From Iphione sp. A-MEVVRFRX5 (taxonomy: Eukaryota), in the NCBI GenBank assembly GCA_976226885.1, contig OZ320315.1:111600001-111664000 (forward strand): 64,000 nucleotides of DNA. The letters are read 5' to 3'. The notes beneath the pieces were generated by a model. The model saw only the letters and a program-made list of their open reading frames with translations, was not told where the DNA came from and made no database searches. Positions 1 through 12,995 of this stretch are shown piece by piece; position 1 is the stretch's first letter, and each line of letters begins with the position of its first letter. The translations under genes were made by a program, and so were the position numbers.

Positions 1-388
1 TGACCATAAAACATGTCCTTCTATCATAGGGCAATATATCAGCTTTTTCTACTTTAAACGGAGGAACACATCAATGCATACAAATTATACTACAAATTAT
101 GCATTATGCTGAGAAAAGGTACAAGGATGGATGTGTTACTACATGTCTAGATATTGTGCAAAGCCTTCTTTTGTACAGCCTTGTGTACACATAGAATCAC
201 TGTTTTGATTATGAAGTACATTTAGGCACATATGTTTGATAGTGCCATTGATCCAACAAATTCTAACATGAAATACTCTATTGTGAACAGGGCAAGGTAG
301 TAACCCCAATTTATATTCATATAGAAATGTTCTGCACTAGATATTTTCTAGTTTCATGAAATATTTAATTATTCACTCATAGGCAGAT

Positions 389-402
389 TGTTCTATAGAG
401 CA
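389..402. other. Near-perfect palindrome TG(T/C)TCTATAGAGCA, present in all three units
   Basis: Perfect TGCTCTATAGAGCA at 26198-26211 and 55433-55446; one mismatch in this copy. Confidence 0.6.
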
Positions 403-1375
403 GTTCACCTACTGAAACAGATGTATATCTGACCCATTTTCTCTGTGTAGTGTACTAACTTCATAACTAGGACTTCAAACTAGGAGACTTAATACTGCAT
501 CTAGTATGTGGTGCTATATAAGAATTCATAAATGAGGACAAAATTTGCTACGGAAACTAATTATGGCCCCTCATTTGAATCCTGCATAACATACTGATAA
601 CAAACATAATATACATCTGTATGTAATAGGCTCATCGAATGAATCCACATTTTGATAGTCTGTAAAGAATTTAGTGATTTTTGTTTGTTGTTTTGCTACA
701 CTTCACCCAGTGAGGTTGTTTGCCCTAAGGAAGAACTATCACTGGGTGTGTAGAGGGTTCAGTCCTCAATCTAGTTCTGTGTAGGGTTGCAGCTGAGGAG
801 TAAACACTCCACTTGCAAGTCAATCACCAGGTGCTGTTGTTCTATCGATGGCTTATTGTTGTCTCCTGACCACTGTTATGTAGTCTGATCTAAACTTGGC
901 CTAATCAGGACACCCCCCTCAACCTTGTTTAGGTCTTGGCAGGTGGGAAAATGGTAGCAACAGGCTCCAGTTAAGACGGCACATAACATGGTAGATGAGT
1001 GGCAAGACAGTGGGGTAATGGTGTGCTCCTCTGGTAACGATGGTTTTCCTCTGTGTGCAGCCGCCCCCAAGTCCTAGGGTTACTAGGAGAAAGCACTAGA
1101 TTTTCTGTACAAGAGAAACAACTTAATAAATAGTGCATATTTCTGCAGGAGCAATTTCTAAATCTACACTATTCTGGAAAAATGTATTAAAAAGACAGAC
1201 AATGAGTCTAAGAGAAAACTTGTAATTATCTCATAATCTAGAATGTCAAAATGCAGCAGGAGGTAAATGGGTATCAGGAGGTATCAGGAGGAAATGGGAA
1301 GGGGAGGAAAGGTACAAGGACACCTTTCACCCCTAAGCAGATTAAGCATCTGCTAATTGCCCTAATTGCCTACCA

Positions 1376-1600
1376 TTGAGAGTCTCTTACTATTATATAA
1401 AGTCTCTTGCCACTACTTGGGTTCACTGCTACTGAGTGGTTCTTACCACTACTGTTGGTCCTTTACCACTAAAAAGGTCTCTTTGTGCTACCTCAGGTCT
1501 ATTTCCACTACTTAGGGTCTCCTGCCATAATATAGGGTCTTCTCTCACCAATGAGGGTATTGCCATTAATGAAAGTCCCCTGCAATTAATGAGGGCTTAG
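1376..1600. repeat. Degenerate ~22-bp minisatellite (GGTCTCTTACCACTACT-like), also at ~27850-28080 and ~56580-56810
   Basis: Recurrent gtctctt/gggtctc...ccactac units in all three segmental copies. Confidence 0.7.
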
Positions 1601-3017
1601 ATGTTATCCAGCTTCAACGTTCTGAAAGACTTTGAGAAGCGAATACTTGATTAAGACTTGTACTTGTTGAATCTGTTCGCCCACTGATTCATTGTTTTAA
1701 TTGAGACTGGATACATATCCACTAATATAAAGTCTCAATAACATTCTGAACTGACATTGAAAACTTACATTATATAATTTAATGTAGCACTTCAAGGTTT
1801 CCAGGTGAAAATGACTCTAATTCATTAGTAAAATACATGCATGGAACATGAGTGCATCGGGTCTCAAGATTAAAAGTTACAGCTCTGTAGTGTTTTCCAA
1901 TGAACTCAAGATGTCAATGACATACATTTTACAGTGCGTATAAACAACATAATACCACATTGTTATGATTAGTCAATTACAATGAAGGTAAAGTCAAGGC
2001 TGGGATTTTGATGATGTCCAAGTTCAGTGAAAGTGTTAGGGAGGCCAGAGGTCAACCCATAGCCTGCACTTCCTTAACTTAACAAATTACAAAAATATTT
2101 TCAGATAAGGTCGAAACAAATCAAAATGATGTGCAAGATTCAGAAGCGCAGATACTGGAATGATACTTGTACTTATGGTATGCTGTAAATTTGAAGAATT
2201 CTGAACTTATTACAAGATTATTAGATAAGGGCACAAACTGGCATTGTTCCAGCTTGAGGAGTAAGAGGTTGTGTTTTGATGCAATATATGGATTATCACC
2301 CAGCTCAATCAGTTAAGACGTAGTATTATCACTCACTGTACTTGATGAGAATAACAAAGAATTATTTCACTGCCTGGACAGTCTTCTATTTTCAGAGTCA
2401 GCACTGATCTGAGACCAGGTGCATGTTAGAATATTAATAATTAACTGATTGTATTATAACATTTGAACACTTTACACTGTTGAGTGGCAAATACTGCATT
2501 AGGCAGTCATGTAAATCTTTTGAAAGAATAGATATTTCAAATTTGAACTGAGATATCTCAGGATCTAGATAGAGTCTTTGAACAATCTTTGTACAAAATG
2601 ATGCCCAAAAATATTCTTTAGAATGTATAAATTTAACACTACCAAGCCCCTGAGTATTGGAGTGCTAATCATACTGCGACTACATATTGCTTTGAGTGTT
2701 GGGATCAACATGCAGCCCTTCTTGTCCACATCAGTAGTTGCTCTTTACAGTAGGCCCTGGTCTGCTGACATCAAAGGATCTGTTTTGTATCATATTGACA
2801 GATAGATCTTGTATGTGCTAACATCTCTTAAGAAGGATGAGGTGACATGAGGAGCATGCTTTCTTGAAATTTTAGTGTTGAGGAAAACACACAACGTAGT
2901 GTCCCAAATAACAGCAGTGTAAGTTGAGAGAAGTATGAGTATGATATAACCTGTAGGTATATCTCTATACTTGTGTCTGTGTCTGTTTCTCCATGCATGT
3001 CTATTTGGGTACGTCAA
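1600..3017 (-). pseudogene. Possible heavily decayed F-box/LRR-like coding remnant (tentative)
   Basis: Frame-jumping minus-strand translation gives DIPT..VI..YFSQL....GTLRCV near 2990-2890 and LxxLxL-type pieces (NLLLLKLEQC, LTLSLNLD). Many stops. Confidence 0.25.
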
Positions 3018-3636
3018 TCCTCAATGAGAAGGGTTCTTATACATGATTTACCTGCTCCATCAAAGGAGGTCTAAATGAAAGAGTGTTTTGGTTAGTAAAT
3101 AAGCAATTAGACGAATAAGCATCCTCCGCTCTTTTGGAGTGGAGGGGGAACCATCTAGATCCCAGTACATAACCAGTATGATCCTAACAGTTAACATCTA
3201 TTGCATAATCTTCTGTATAAATGAACATGCAAAGATTATGTCAGATGTTTTAAATAAACAATGATGACATAATGGTATTTTGTATGTTACATAATCAGGA
3301 GTTCTCAATGACCCTAATTATATGATACTTATTGTTTTAACAGCACAAAACTTTTGTGTATTCGAGGAGAGACCCCTCTCCAGTAGAATTGTGTTTGGGC
3401 ACATGGCCTCCATGCAAAAATTAGGTCCAAGGCTTACAGTGGCAAAGCTACAGTTTCTCAGATACCAGGTGCCTTGGTAGAGCTGTTTTGGGGAGTTTAT
3501 GACTTAACAATAGCTTTATATTTGATTGATTCATGTTTTTTACCTTGTGCATTGATTTATATTTTCCCAACAATTCTTGTACATGAAAGTCTTACAGTTT
3601 TTGCTTAACTAAGAATTTTAAAAAAATAATTATATA

Positions 3637-3933
3637 GTTTATATATATATATACTTATATAATTTTTTCAATATATTAACCCACAAGTTAACAGTTATCT
3701 GCATACTCAGCATGACCTTTGACCTAGTTATATGTATTGACCTTTGACCTGTGACCCTAATTCCATCCATAAAAGCATAGCTCAGTAACACCACATGGAC
3801 ACCAATCCATCAAATGCTCCTGAAGAAGGGCCACATAAGGTCACGAAACGTTGAGCTTGTACAATAAGAAATAAAAGCCTTCATTATCAAGAAGAAATCT
3901 GGCATTGGGTTTTGATTGACTACATATCTGTTG
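3637..3933 (+). mobile_element. 297-bp Penelope-like/retrozyme-like insertion unique to copy 1
   Basis: Absent from copies 2 and 3. Flanked by a 12-bp direct repeat AATAATTATATA (3625-3636, 3934-3945). Contains a hammerhead core followed by AATAAA. Confidence 0.75.
3816..3856 (+). ncRNA. Minimal type I hammerhead ribozyme
   Basis: GCTC-CTGAAGA-AG-GGCC-acataa-GGTC-AC-GAAA-CG-TT-GAGC: CUGANGA and GAAA core, stem I GCTC/GAGC, stem II GGCC/GGTC, palindromic ACGT in place of a full stem III. Confidence 0.7.
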
Positions 3934-4039
3934 AATAATTATATACTTGTTCAATGATGTAACATAATTGACAATATCATAAGAGGGTGTTCATGAGGAC
4001 AACAGAATTTTAAGTTGTATATCAACAGCAGAGTGTGCG

Positions 4040-5053
4040 TTAAAGGTCTTCATGTGTATTTCGTATTGAGCTCAGCATGGTGAATAATACAATCAATATG
4101 CAACCCATTACTTCTAATATGTTTCCCCTTCCTCTCAAACTCGGATCCATTACCATATATTGTAGTATCAAGTCAACCACTGGTAACAGAGTGAAAATAA
4201 TTGAGGCTGTCAGTGAACCAAATATCTTAATCACTACTAAAGCTAATAGTAGACTTACAGTAGAACCAATTGTATGTATACTAAACATTAAGAAACTGTA
4301 AAGGTCATAAGGGAGTTGGGGATTTTCAAAATAAAATATTGAAATCAGAGATGGCAGTATCCCGATAGCACCCATGTAGAATGCTATCAATACTGAATGT
4401 ACATTTTTAAGTTTAATACCAATATGAGTGAGGTAAATCCCATTGCATATGCTTGCAATTAATACAGCAGTGATTCCTATGGTGACTGAATAGCTACCAT
4501 ATAATTCTAATGTCATTGTAGAAGGAGATGAATCAATCATACTACCATTCAAGTCTTGTTCTGTATTTGATAAAGCCGTTAGTAAATATGATGGCACAAA
4601 TCCATCCCCAAATCCTTTCCAAGGCTGTAGAAGAGCAACCAAGCCAATTGTGCAACCAACAATACCCACAAGAGATAGAGTTTCAGTTTGTGTTCCCTCT
4701 ATATAACTGGTACCTATGGCTGTAAAAATCATTCCAAAAACACTGAAGAAGCAACTAACTTGAGAGAGTGGCATAACAGATGTTGCTATGAAGTAAAATA
4801 ATGTTGATCCAGTGAATGCCAGTGAGCTAGTAAGGAGGGACTTGATTTGTACTTTGTCTACTCGAATGGTGCATCCTTTAACTTTTAGATAAGCACTAGA
4901 GACTAGAACTATGGTACTCAGCCGTGTGATACACAGCACCAAGTCAGACACAGTTCTTTCTAGTGCTTGTACTGCTGCTCCAGATGCAGCTCCACCAAGG
5001 ACAGTAAGTATTCCTGAAAGGATTCCAGTGATGTAAGTTGTTAAAATGCTCAT
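4040..5053 (-). CDS. EamA/DMT-superfamily (SLC35G-like) transporter, copy 1, 337 aa
   Basis: Uninterrupted, highly hydrophobic ORF with about 10 TM segments in two EamA-like halves (QP and GCILIV motifs); single coding exon. Confidence 0.85.
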   Translation of the reverse strand: MSILTTYITGILSGILTVLGGAASGAAVQALERTVSDLVLCITRLSTIVLVSSAYLKVKGCTIRVDKVQIKSLLTSSLAFTGSTLFYFIATSVMPLSQVSCFFSVFGMIFTAIGTSYIEGTQTETLSLVGIVGCTIGLVALLQPWKGFGDGFVPSYLLTALSNTEQDLNGSMIDSSPSTMTLELYGSYSVTIGITAVLIASICNGIYLTHIGIKLKNVHSVLIAFYMGAIGILPSLISIFYFENPQLPYDLYSFLMFSIHTIGSTVSLLLALVVIKIFGSLTASIIFTLLPVVDLILQYMVMDPSLRGRGNILEVMGCILIVLFTMLSSIRNTHEDL

Positions 5054-5073
5054 CTTTAAACTGGATGAGAGTC

Positions 5074-5180
5074 CTGCAATAAAAGGAAACTTTTACAATT
5101 TAACAGGCATCTGCTTATAATGGTACCATACTTCATGTTCTTATATTAGATTATGTGCCACACCTATGATATATTCCTAC
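5074..5180 (-). other. Predicted 107-nt 5'UTR intron of the transporter (also 34518-34624 and 60219-60325)
   Basis: Donor AAG|GTAGGA and acceptor TTCCTTTTATTGCAG| lie exactly 107 nt apart in all three copies; the acceptor is 20-21 nt upstream of the ATG. Confidence 0.6.
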
Positions 5181-5292
5181 CTTAGAATGACTAGTTTCTT
5201 AACTTCAGAGAGAGTTACTTGGCAATAATTAAGTTTGTAATGTATCAACATGTTTTTACCTTATCACCTTCATCTTATGATGTACTCTGCAT

Positions 5293-6650
5293 CTTATTCA
5301 TGAAATCTAATCAATGGTTTCCAGTTTTTCTATCAGAGTTTTACAATCTGAATGGGAACATGTCAATTGATTTTTCATGCAAAATTTTAGGTAAAGGCAA
5401 ATATGTATACCAAACAATGAAATATGAACCTCTAGCTTTCAAATCAACTAAAAACCTCAAAATTTAAAAACACTGCACTCCCTTTTATGGAAAGAATATC
5501 CTACATAACTAAGGTTATCATACAAGTGTTTTTGACTGGACTGCATTCAAGGGAAATTCAAGGGAAAAACTAGAACAGAGTTTATGCTGTCCATCTGATA
5601 GGCCATCTATAAATGCACCCAGTTAACTGTATTCTTTTAATTATTACAGCAGTTCCTATAGAAATAATTTACATAATTAGCTTTCATGTTAGTGTTTCTT
5701 CTTGTAATCCCATTGCATTTATTTCTTTTATGAAAAATGCACCATATAAACATCTCATACATGTGACACAAATAGCAGACATCTTGTTGCTTGGTAATTG
5801 TAAGAATGAATTATGATAAAAATCAATTATTTTCAGACAATGTATGAGAAGATTAAAGTTGACCCATTGCTCTGTTCAACTGATTTCAATGCATATTTCT
5901 TATTGACTAAAAGATTTTCAGCAACCAGCAACCTTATCAATGGTTGCCACCTAATACTTCAGGGTTTGACAGTCTAAAGGAGAGCTTATCAATGACTATG
6001 CAATAATTCTTTTCTAAAACTCTAGGTTGGGCCAAATGATTTATGCAAAATGTTCAGTAAAACTTACCTTCCATACCTAAAGTATATTATACCAATGACT
6101 ATGCAATAATTCTTTTGTAAAACTTTAGCTTGAGCCAAATGATTCATGCAAAATGTTTAGTAAAACTCACCTTCTATCCTTAAAGTCTTTAAATACCTTA
6201 AAATCTGGAAACATAGGTATGTATCATCTGCACCTATGTAGACTTGCACTCCCCATAGAAGTTAAAAGACTTTGAATAAGGACAGTAATGTTCCGCTATA
6301 GTACACATGAGTTGGTAAAGAAATTGGCATGACCTGTTCTATGAATAGAATACTCTACATAATTAATGATATTATACAAGTGGATTTTGGACAGGACTAG
6401 ATATCAGGAAACTGTAAAAAAATCTTAATGAATGTGGTATGAATAGATGGAAGTAGAAAAAAGTATATGCTGGCAATCTGATAGGCCATATATATCTGCA
6501 CCCTGTTGGTTATCTTCTTTTTAATATTAAAGGCTAAATTTAATGTAGACACAACTTATCAATGTCTGTTCAAGCTATCTCTGTCTATTTTCCTATTGAA
6601 CAAAAGGTCTTTGCTTAAAGTCATCATTTTAACCAAAACCATAAATCACA
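5293..6650 (+). pseudogene. Decayed LRR (TLR-ectodomain-like) gene, copy 1, 5' part deleted
   Basis: SIDFSCKIL...EPLAFKSTKNLKI and further LxxLxxLxL-like fragments with stops and frameshifts; homologous to 35881 onward and 62960 onward. Confidence 0.4.
5991..6185. repeat. ~103-bp tandem duplication (two units here and at 63771-63965; one unit in copy 2 at ~41120-41220)
   Basis: AATGACTATGCAATAATTCTTTT starts at 5991 and 6094, and at 63771 and 63871. Confidence 0.85.
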
Positions 6651-8639
6651 AATCTACATGTTGTGTGGTTCCTTATTTGGTCAGAAACATAGATCCTGAA
6701 AAATCAGCTAGTTACACTTGTCTGAGCAATTAATATGCACTAAAATACCTTTTAGTGTTCAGTTGATATTTGTGATCCATATTTACATTGCTATATAAGA
6801 AATGAGTGTAAGGCTTTCAATTTAGTGAGAAGCATTCATTTTATAGATTCCTCGTAAAAAAAATGTGTGCACCACACCAGTAGCTTCAATTCTTTTGCCT
6901 TTATTTCTGAACAGCAGATTAAGCATTTCAGCAGCTAGTGTTAATAGGCCTGATGAAAGTCTCTGAACTTAGATTTTGTATATTTTATATTTTCATCTGA
7001 TTTCTCAGCATGTGAGTGTGAGTATGGGAGCTAGTGAGTATGTGGCCCACAACTCTTCTTCTGGGGTCATCTCTCCAAACTATTTAATTTAGGTTCAGTT
7101 GCTCTTCTACCTATGTCCTCTTGGCTTTTAGTGGGTTGTTTAGTTTCCAAATACAAAATGCAGTCATTATAAGATTTTGAGGGATATTATTTCTGAGGTG
7201 AACTAAGAGCTAAGTAGCTGAATAAGTTGGATATATCTTCAGTTAGGTCTAGGCAGCAAAGGTATATTGAGGTAAGGTAGTTCTCTTGTATAAGTCTCTT
7301 CCAGTGACTCCTTCTAGATGGATTGTTTCTGCTTGGCATCTTTTTATATCGGTATTGTGTCTAGAGTCTCAAGTAACTAGTATTCAGTATATGTCTTCTC
7401 ATGGAGGGTCCTTATATAAAATATATATATAATTGAGACCAAAGGTTGTTGTGATATACATAATGCAGAGGTATTTAATCATATGATCTATAGGTAAGCA
7501 TCTGTTATTCGAACTGTTATGCAAACAAACATTATGTCAGCTTTATAAAGTAATCAGAGATGATTTAACAATATCTGTTACATCAACAGGGTTTCTCTCA
7601 ATCCCTGATTTAGATATATAGGGTTCCTATGCCTTGGGGTCATCACTTTTCTTCTAGCCTGGGACCCAGATGCAGAGATACCATGTCTAAACATGCCTAG
7701 CTGTTGGAAACACAATGATAAGTGGCATCAGTCCTTATGGTGTTGATGTTTCAAGGGGTCAATAAATTAACATATACAAACGTCATAACAAACATTTCAC
7801 ACTAACATCATTCCACTCTGGAAAAACCACTTGAACGACACTCTTATGATCTGCTCACATCAAGTAACAACACTATCAAGTGCATGCAAGGGACATTAGA
7901 TGGAGCCAATAATGTACATATTTCATATGTTTTTAACAATTTGTCAGCATGTACAACCTATTAACATTCACACATCACAATAATTACATGCAGTTTTGTT
8001 TTAATAAAGCAAATTAAAGGACATTATATGCTGTATGATTAGTATTATTCCCACCAATGACTCATCAAGAACTTCTGATAAAGAAATAAAGACTCTTTTT
8101 GTTTCAGGGGAATAGCTTGAGAAGCATAGCATAGCATAAATTTATCACTTATTTAGTGTTTTAGACATATTTGTATTAATATGTCTATAAGGTTATGCAC
8201 ATATGGTAATTTTTCAGTTTGCTATAGGTCATGTGACTGCTTTTCCATGGCAACCCACTATATTCTCACAGTATTTCAAGTGACATTGGATGGCTTACCA
8301 TATGATCTACTTTTATGCCAAAAATGAGAGAAATCCATGAAAGATCAATTATCTAATAGATTGAATATTATCGATCACTGGTGACCGATTTACCATTGTT
8401 GGTCCTTGAAAGGTTAAGCCAAACATCCACAAAGTTTGCTTTTCATTGTTTCTTCTTCACATTTATCATCAACCCATGGCTTTGCAGGTTTTTTTTGCAG
8501 CTCAGACCTTCTTTCGGTATTGTCCCATAATATTATGTGATATTTGAACTAATGCCATTCTTTAACAATGCTAAAAGTTTCAACTAGAGAGTATCAGTAC
8601 TTCACATCCTTTATATATTTTGAAAAAATATAGATGATA

Positions 8640-9170
8640 GAAGAATCCTTCTGTATCTTGTCAAACTGACGAAAAAAGAGCTCAGGAAATATTTGAAATT
8701 CCAAATTAAAAATAGTGCAGGGAACACATAAAAATGCTGGTAACTAATTAATTACCTGATTGGTAAAATAAAGACTGGCAATATTTTGGAATCAAAACAA
8801 AATTATGTTACTGTAAGTGGTACATTATTGGCAGAGTTACTGAATGACACTTATACAGGCAAAATTTAGTAATTAGTCGATTCCATTCTGCCCCTGATCA
8901 TTCTAGAAATGCTACATATTGACAAAAGAATTGAATTTAGCAATTTCACCAATGATGGTATCACCAATGATGGCTATTTCAAGAATTGATATGTTTATAT
9001 CAACAAATGTGCAAAACTTAGATACAACATTCAGACATGCATTAAATATGGGTGTTGATCCATTGGAATAATTACTTAATAAAATTTTTGAATCAGGATG
9101 TAAGGCCGATTCTTGGAAAGTGCTTAAAATCTCTCGAGTATATGAGTCAGAATGCTGAAGTGACTCAGGT
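8640..9170 (+). mobile_element. Old degraded LINE ORF2 fragment, part of the duplicated unit
   Basis: Aligns to 52168-52665, which continues a degraded APE region at 51370-52000. Confidence 0.55.
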
Positions 9171-9578
9171 ATTTATGGGCCCATTTCGATTTTATCATTG
9201 GATAGGATACTTTTTAAGACCCTATTTTGTTAAAAAAAAAACACTACAGGAAGGTTTAAATGTAGTTGAATGCTGGTTGGATTATTATTATTATAGAACT
9301 TTATTTATTCTGGCAATATCGATACATAAGCATAGTATTTGTAGCCAGTAGTACAAAACCTTATTCATCTAACATAGTCTTAATAATAATGATAATAAAC
9401 ACAGCAAAATTAAACTAAAATTAAATAATGTTGAAAGATGTTGTCCCAGTACCACAAACAAAATTATATTACCATAAATTTAAATTTTCTTAAAGCTCAA
9501 ATCTATCTCACTTCTTGCCCACTGATGCAATTACAACTCTTTAGTCTCATAAATACTCTTACAATTACAATTAATTTT

Positions 9579-9614
9579 TTCAAGAATTTCAAGAATTTCA
9601 AGAATTTCAAGAAT
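9579..9614 (-). repeat. (ATTCTTGAA)4 LINE 3' tail preceded by AATAAA
   Basis: On + strand, TTCAAGAAT x4 followed by TTTTATTTCC. Confidence 0.8.
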
Positions 9615-10286
9615 TTTTATTTCCGTCTCTTACTTACAGTTCAGAGCTTCCCTTGGAAATATATGTGCATTGTTTTTAAAAAGCAACTGTGCTGCAAAAT
9701 AAACAGCAACGTCAGGTAAACAGTAGAAATATATCTGGAATATGTACCATAAATTTACAAAATGACAATGATAAATATATGTGAGCAATACAATGATTAT
9801 GTAGATACGGTATATTACACAGTAGTAAAGATTCGGTAACAGGGATATGTGTATCCAGTAGATCCGATAGACTAGATTAGCAAGAACAGCAGTATTACAG
9901 ATCAATATCACAATACAAAAACATCGATTAATTGTTATACAGTGGAAGAAGGTACAAAATACATTAGATCATGGACATAATATTAGAACAAAAATGACAG
10001 GAAATTTAGAAGACAAGGTAGTACACAGTATCACAAATCAATATCACAATCCAGAAACATCATCACAATTGTTCATACAGTAGAAAACGGCACAAAATAA
10101 ATTAGAATACAGACTGACTCTCCAACAGAACAAGGAAACAAACATGTAATGATTTCAATTCAATTCAATTCAATTCAATTCAAGTTTATTGTCAGAACAC
10201 TCATTTCACAATGGGAAATGCTATACTAGGTTGACAATTGAAGGTGTCTTAATGCTAATACATGTGAAAATAATGTTAATTGCGAC

Positions 10287-12995
10287 TTAATCTAACATCA
10301 AGTGAGCATTCCACTGTAAGACACCACGGTAACGCAAGGATCTCTCAAAGAGCGCAGAATGTGGTCTGGGGAGAGCACCCCTCGGAAGTAAACCACATCT
10401 TGTCTTGGTTTTGGAAGCAAGTGGAATGTTACCAAGCTTGATCAGCTTACCAACACATGCCATGCCTTTTTGTGCCAGAAGCGTATCCACTCTGGGTACA
10501 CCATAGCGTTCATTTAGGATCCTAGGAAGAAGGAAATCCTTAGTTTGAAGACATACACGCGCACATTTGTTAACAAATATCTGAAATCGAACTCGCTGAG
10601 AAGCTGTCAAAGTAAACATGGCAGCAGCTTGGTAGTTTAGGTGTGATAAAACAAGAGCCGAGAAGAGTGTTTTCCGAGCCAGTACCGGCAGGTTATATTC
10701 AACTCTACCAATACCAAGGGAAGCTACCCACATTTTCCGTTTCAAATGACCTAAACCAGCATTGGGCTTCAGAGTTGAGTCAACAGTGTACCCTAGGATA
10801 TTGACAGTCGATTCCATCTTAAGTTTCTCACTGTCAAGCTGGAGGTCCAGGTCCGTCCCCCGTCCTTTGCCTACGGTGATGTATGAACATTTCTTTTTAT
10901 TCAAAAAGAATCCTGTGTTGCTACACCACTTAGAGACATTGTGTAGAACTGAAAGGGCTAACTCCCTGAGCTTTGCCAAGTTACGACTGTAGACTGCAAC
11001 CGTTAAGTCATCAGCATAAAGCACAGTGGTGCATGAGTCAGGGATCACATTAGTTATGTCATCAATGGCAACACAGAAAGCACTGGGTCCCATTACAGAA
11101 CCTTGTGGAACGCCATGTGTCAGAGGTAACACCCTTGATTTCCTACCACTACATGCCACTCATTGGAAGCGCTTACTTAAGTAACTAAGGACGAATTTCA
11201 AAGTGTCTTGACCAATACCTCTCTTAGCAAAATCATGCAGTAGCTTGGCATGACTCACCACATCAAAAGCACTTTTCAGATTAAATAACAAAATGCAGGT
11301 ATACATGTCATCATTACACTTATCGAAGACATCACACATGAGGGAGGAGAATGCCGTTTCTGTAGAGCGCCCCTTTCTGAACCCATGTTGTGAATTCGAA
11401 AAGTGACCTTCAGACTCCAACCATGTAACCAATTTCTTGTTAAACCAGGACTCAAAGATTTTTGCCTGCAAGGGAAGAATGGAGACCGGTCTGTAATTGT
11501 CTAGAAGCTCCGAATCCCCCTTCTTGTATACAGGGGTGACAGTGGCTGTCTTCCACGAGCTGGGAAATCGACATATGAGGATGGACTGAACAAAAATCCA
11601 AGTAAGCAGCTCATGGCAGCTGATAAGTACTGGCTTTAAGATACAGGTAGGAATACCTTCCACCCCTGAAGATTTGGACAATTTTTGCCGCATAATGATA
11701 GGGAGAATTTCAGGTGGGGTGGGTGGGGGAAGATCGTAGGTCACCGGTGGTGGAGCATAGGACGGGACAATTGGAGGGCCCCTGACACTGGTCAAGTCGT
11801 CAACCTTTCTTATAAAGTGCTCGTTAAACTGTGTAGCAAGGGTGGTGGATGCTGTACTAGATTCAGTCGGAAGTCTGGTTTTGGAGGACCTACGCCCCGT
11901 AATCTTGTTCAGAATGTCCCAAGTGGATTTGGAGTCACCCCTAACTTTTGCCAGAGTGTTAACCCAGTAGTCCCTTCGTTCCTGTTTGATGGCAGTCCTA
12001 ACCTTTTTATTAAGAAATTTGAAGATACGCCTACTGTCCTCATGCCCCTCCCTCTTCCATCGTCTGAAGAAATACCTTCTATCTGCGATTAGGTTTAATA
12101 AGCCTGGGCTAGGGGAGAATCCATCCTTTTCTTTTTTGACTACTCGCACTCTAGGGGGGAAAGCCTTATCCAGATAATCCGTTATTGAAGACTCCAGTCC
12201 CTCCCATTTCTCCTCAAAGTCACCTTCCAAGTCAAGATGACCTTCATTCTTCAACAAGTCAAGTAACTCCGTCAAGTCAGCACTGGACCAGTTTTGTACT
12301 TGTATAGTCTCCCGGACAAGTTTACCAACACCTTTCTTGATCACAACTAAAACTGGTAAATGGTCACTATAGAACTCAGGCAATGCAGTACCTGTCGAGT
12401 GTGAAGTAAAATCCAGCCATAAATTGTCAAGGCAGTTGGTGCTGTTTATCATAGTGGCCTCCTGCATAGCTTGATGGAAGCCCAGACCACTTAGATGGTT
12501 GATAAATAAGGATCCAACTCTTGACTGCCTAGGATAATCATAATTGAAGTTGCCCATAACAATACGATCCGACCCTCGAGTGGTAAAAAGTTCAGCACAT
12601 GCAGCAGAGAGAGCAGAAACCGAGTCATCAGGCTTATCCCCAGGCGGTCTGTAGACACCGAGAATCTCTAACAATTTCCTATCCCCAGCCTTCACTTGGA
12701 TGCCTAGAAACTCAGAGCTAGACACGTCATCAATATACTGTGTAACTCTCTTGACACAGAAGGCATCATTTATATACATCATTAAGCCACCTCATCTATT
12801 TTTGTGTGTACTAATCCTATCCGCTCTGACAAGGTCATATCCTGGTATTGACAATACTCCGCTATCAATGGTGTCATTAAGCCACGTTTCAAGACAAATA
12901 TCGATATTGTTATCAAGGAGAACCCTACGAACATCGTCAACCTTTTTTACAATACTCCTAACATTGTGGCACAGTACCTTCAGACCAGGTGACAT
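10287..12995 (-). pseudogene. LINE A ORF2 (APE endonuclease + reverse transcriptase), one frame with two TGA stops
   Basis: HNVRS, ETWL, YRPP, SDH, NYRPVS, GVPQGS and YADD motifs. The three ORF pieces share one frame, with stops at 12792-12794 and 11160-11162. Confidence 0.92.

Larger units (their letters stand above)
1..9170. repeat. Segmental duplication unit, copy 1 (starts before the window; right end approximate)
   Basis: Bases 1-300 align with 55041-55330 and partly with 25975-26120. The transporter and its flanks recur at 33484 and 59175. 7620-7780 matches 48630-48790, and 8640-9170 matches 52168-52665. Confidence 0.9.

Noticed and set aside
4077-4725. Small plus-strand ORFs repeated in each unit opposite the transporter
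   Set aside because: Their conservation is explained by the antisense transporter CDS.
11685-12177. Plus-strand ORFs overlapping LINE ORF2s (also 10762-10992, 15763-16005, 19130-19459, 21966-22250)
   Set aside because: Antisense shadows of real coding frames, with no independent motifs.
10287-12995. Programmed TGA recoding (selenocysteine or readthrough) in LINE A ORF2
   Set aside because: Both TGAs sit where Arg or Gly codons are expected (one-base changes), and A has other lesions (SGNH stop and frameshift, altered conserved residues), so ordinary decay is simpler.
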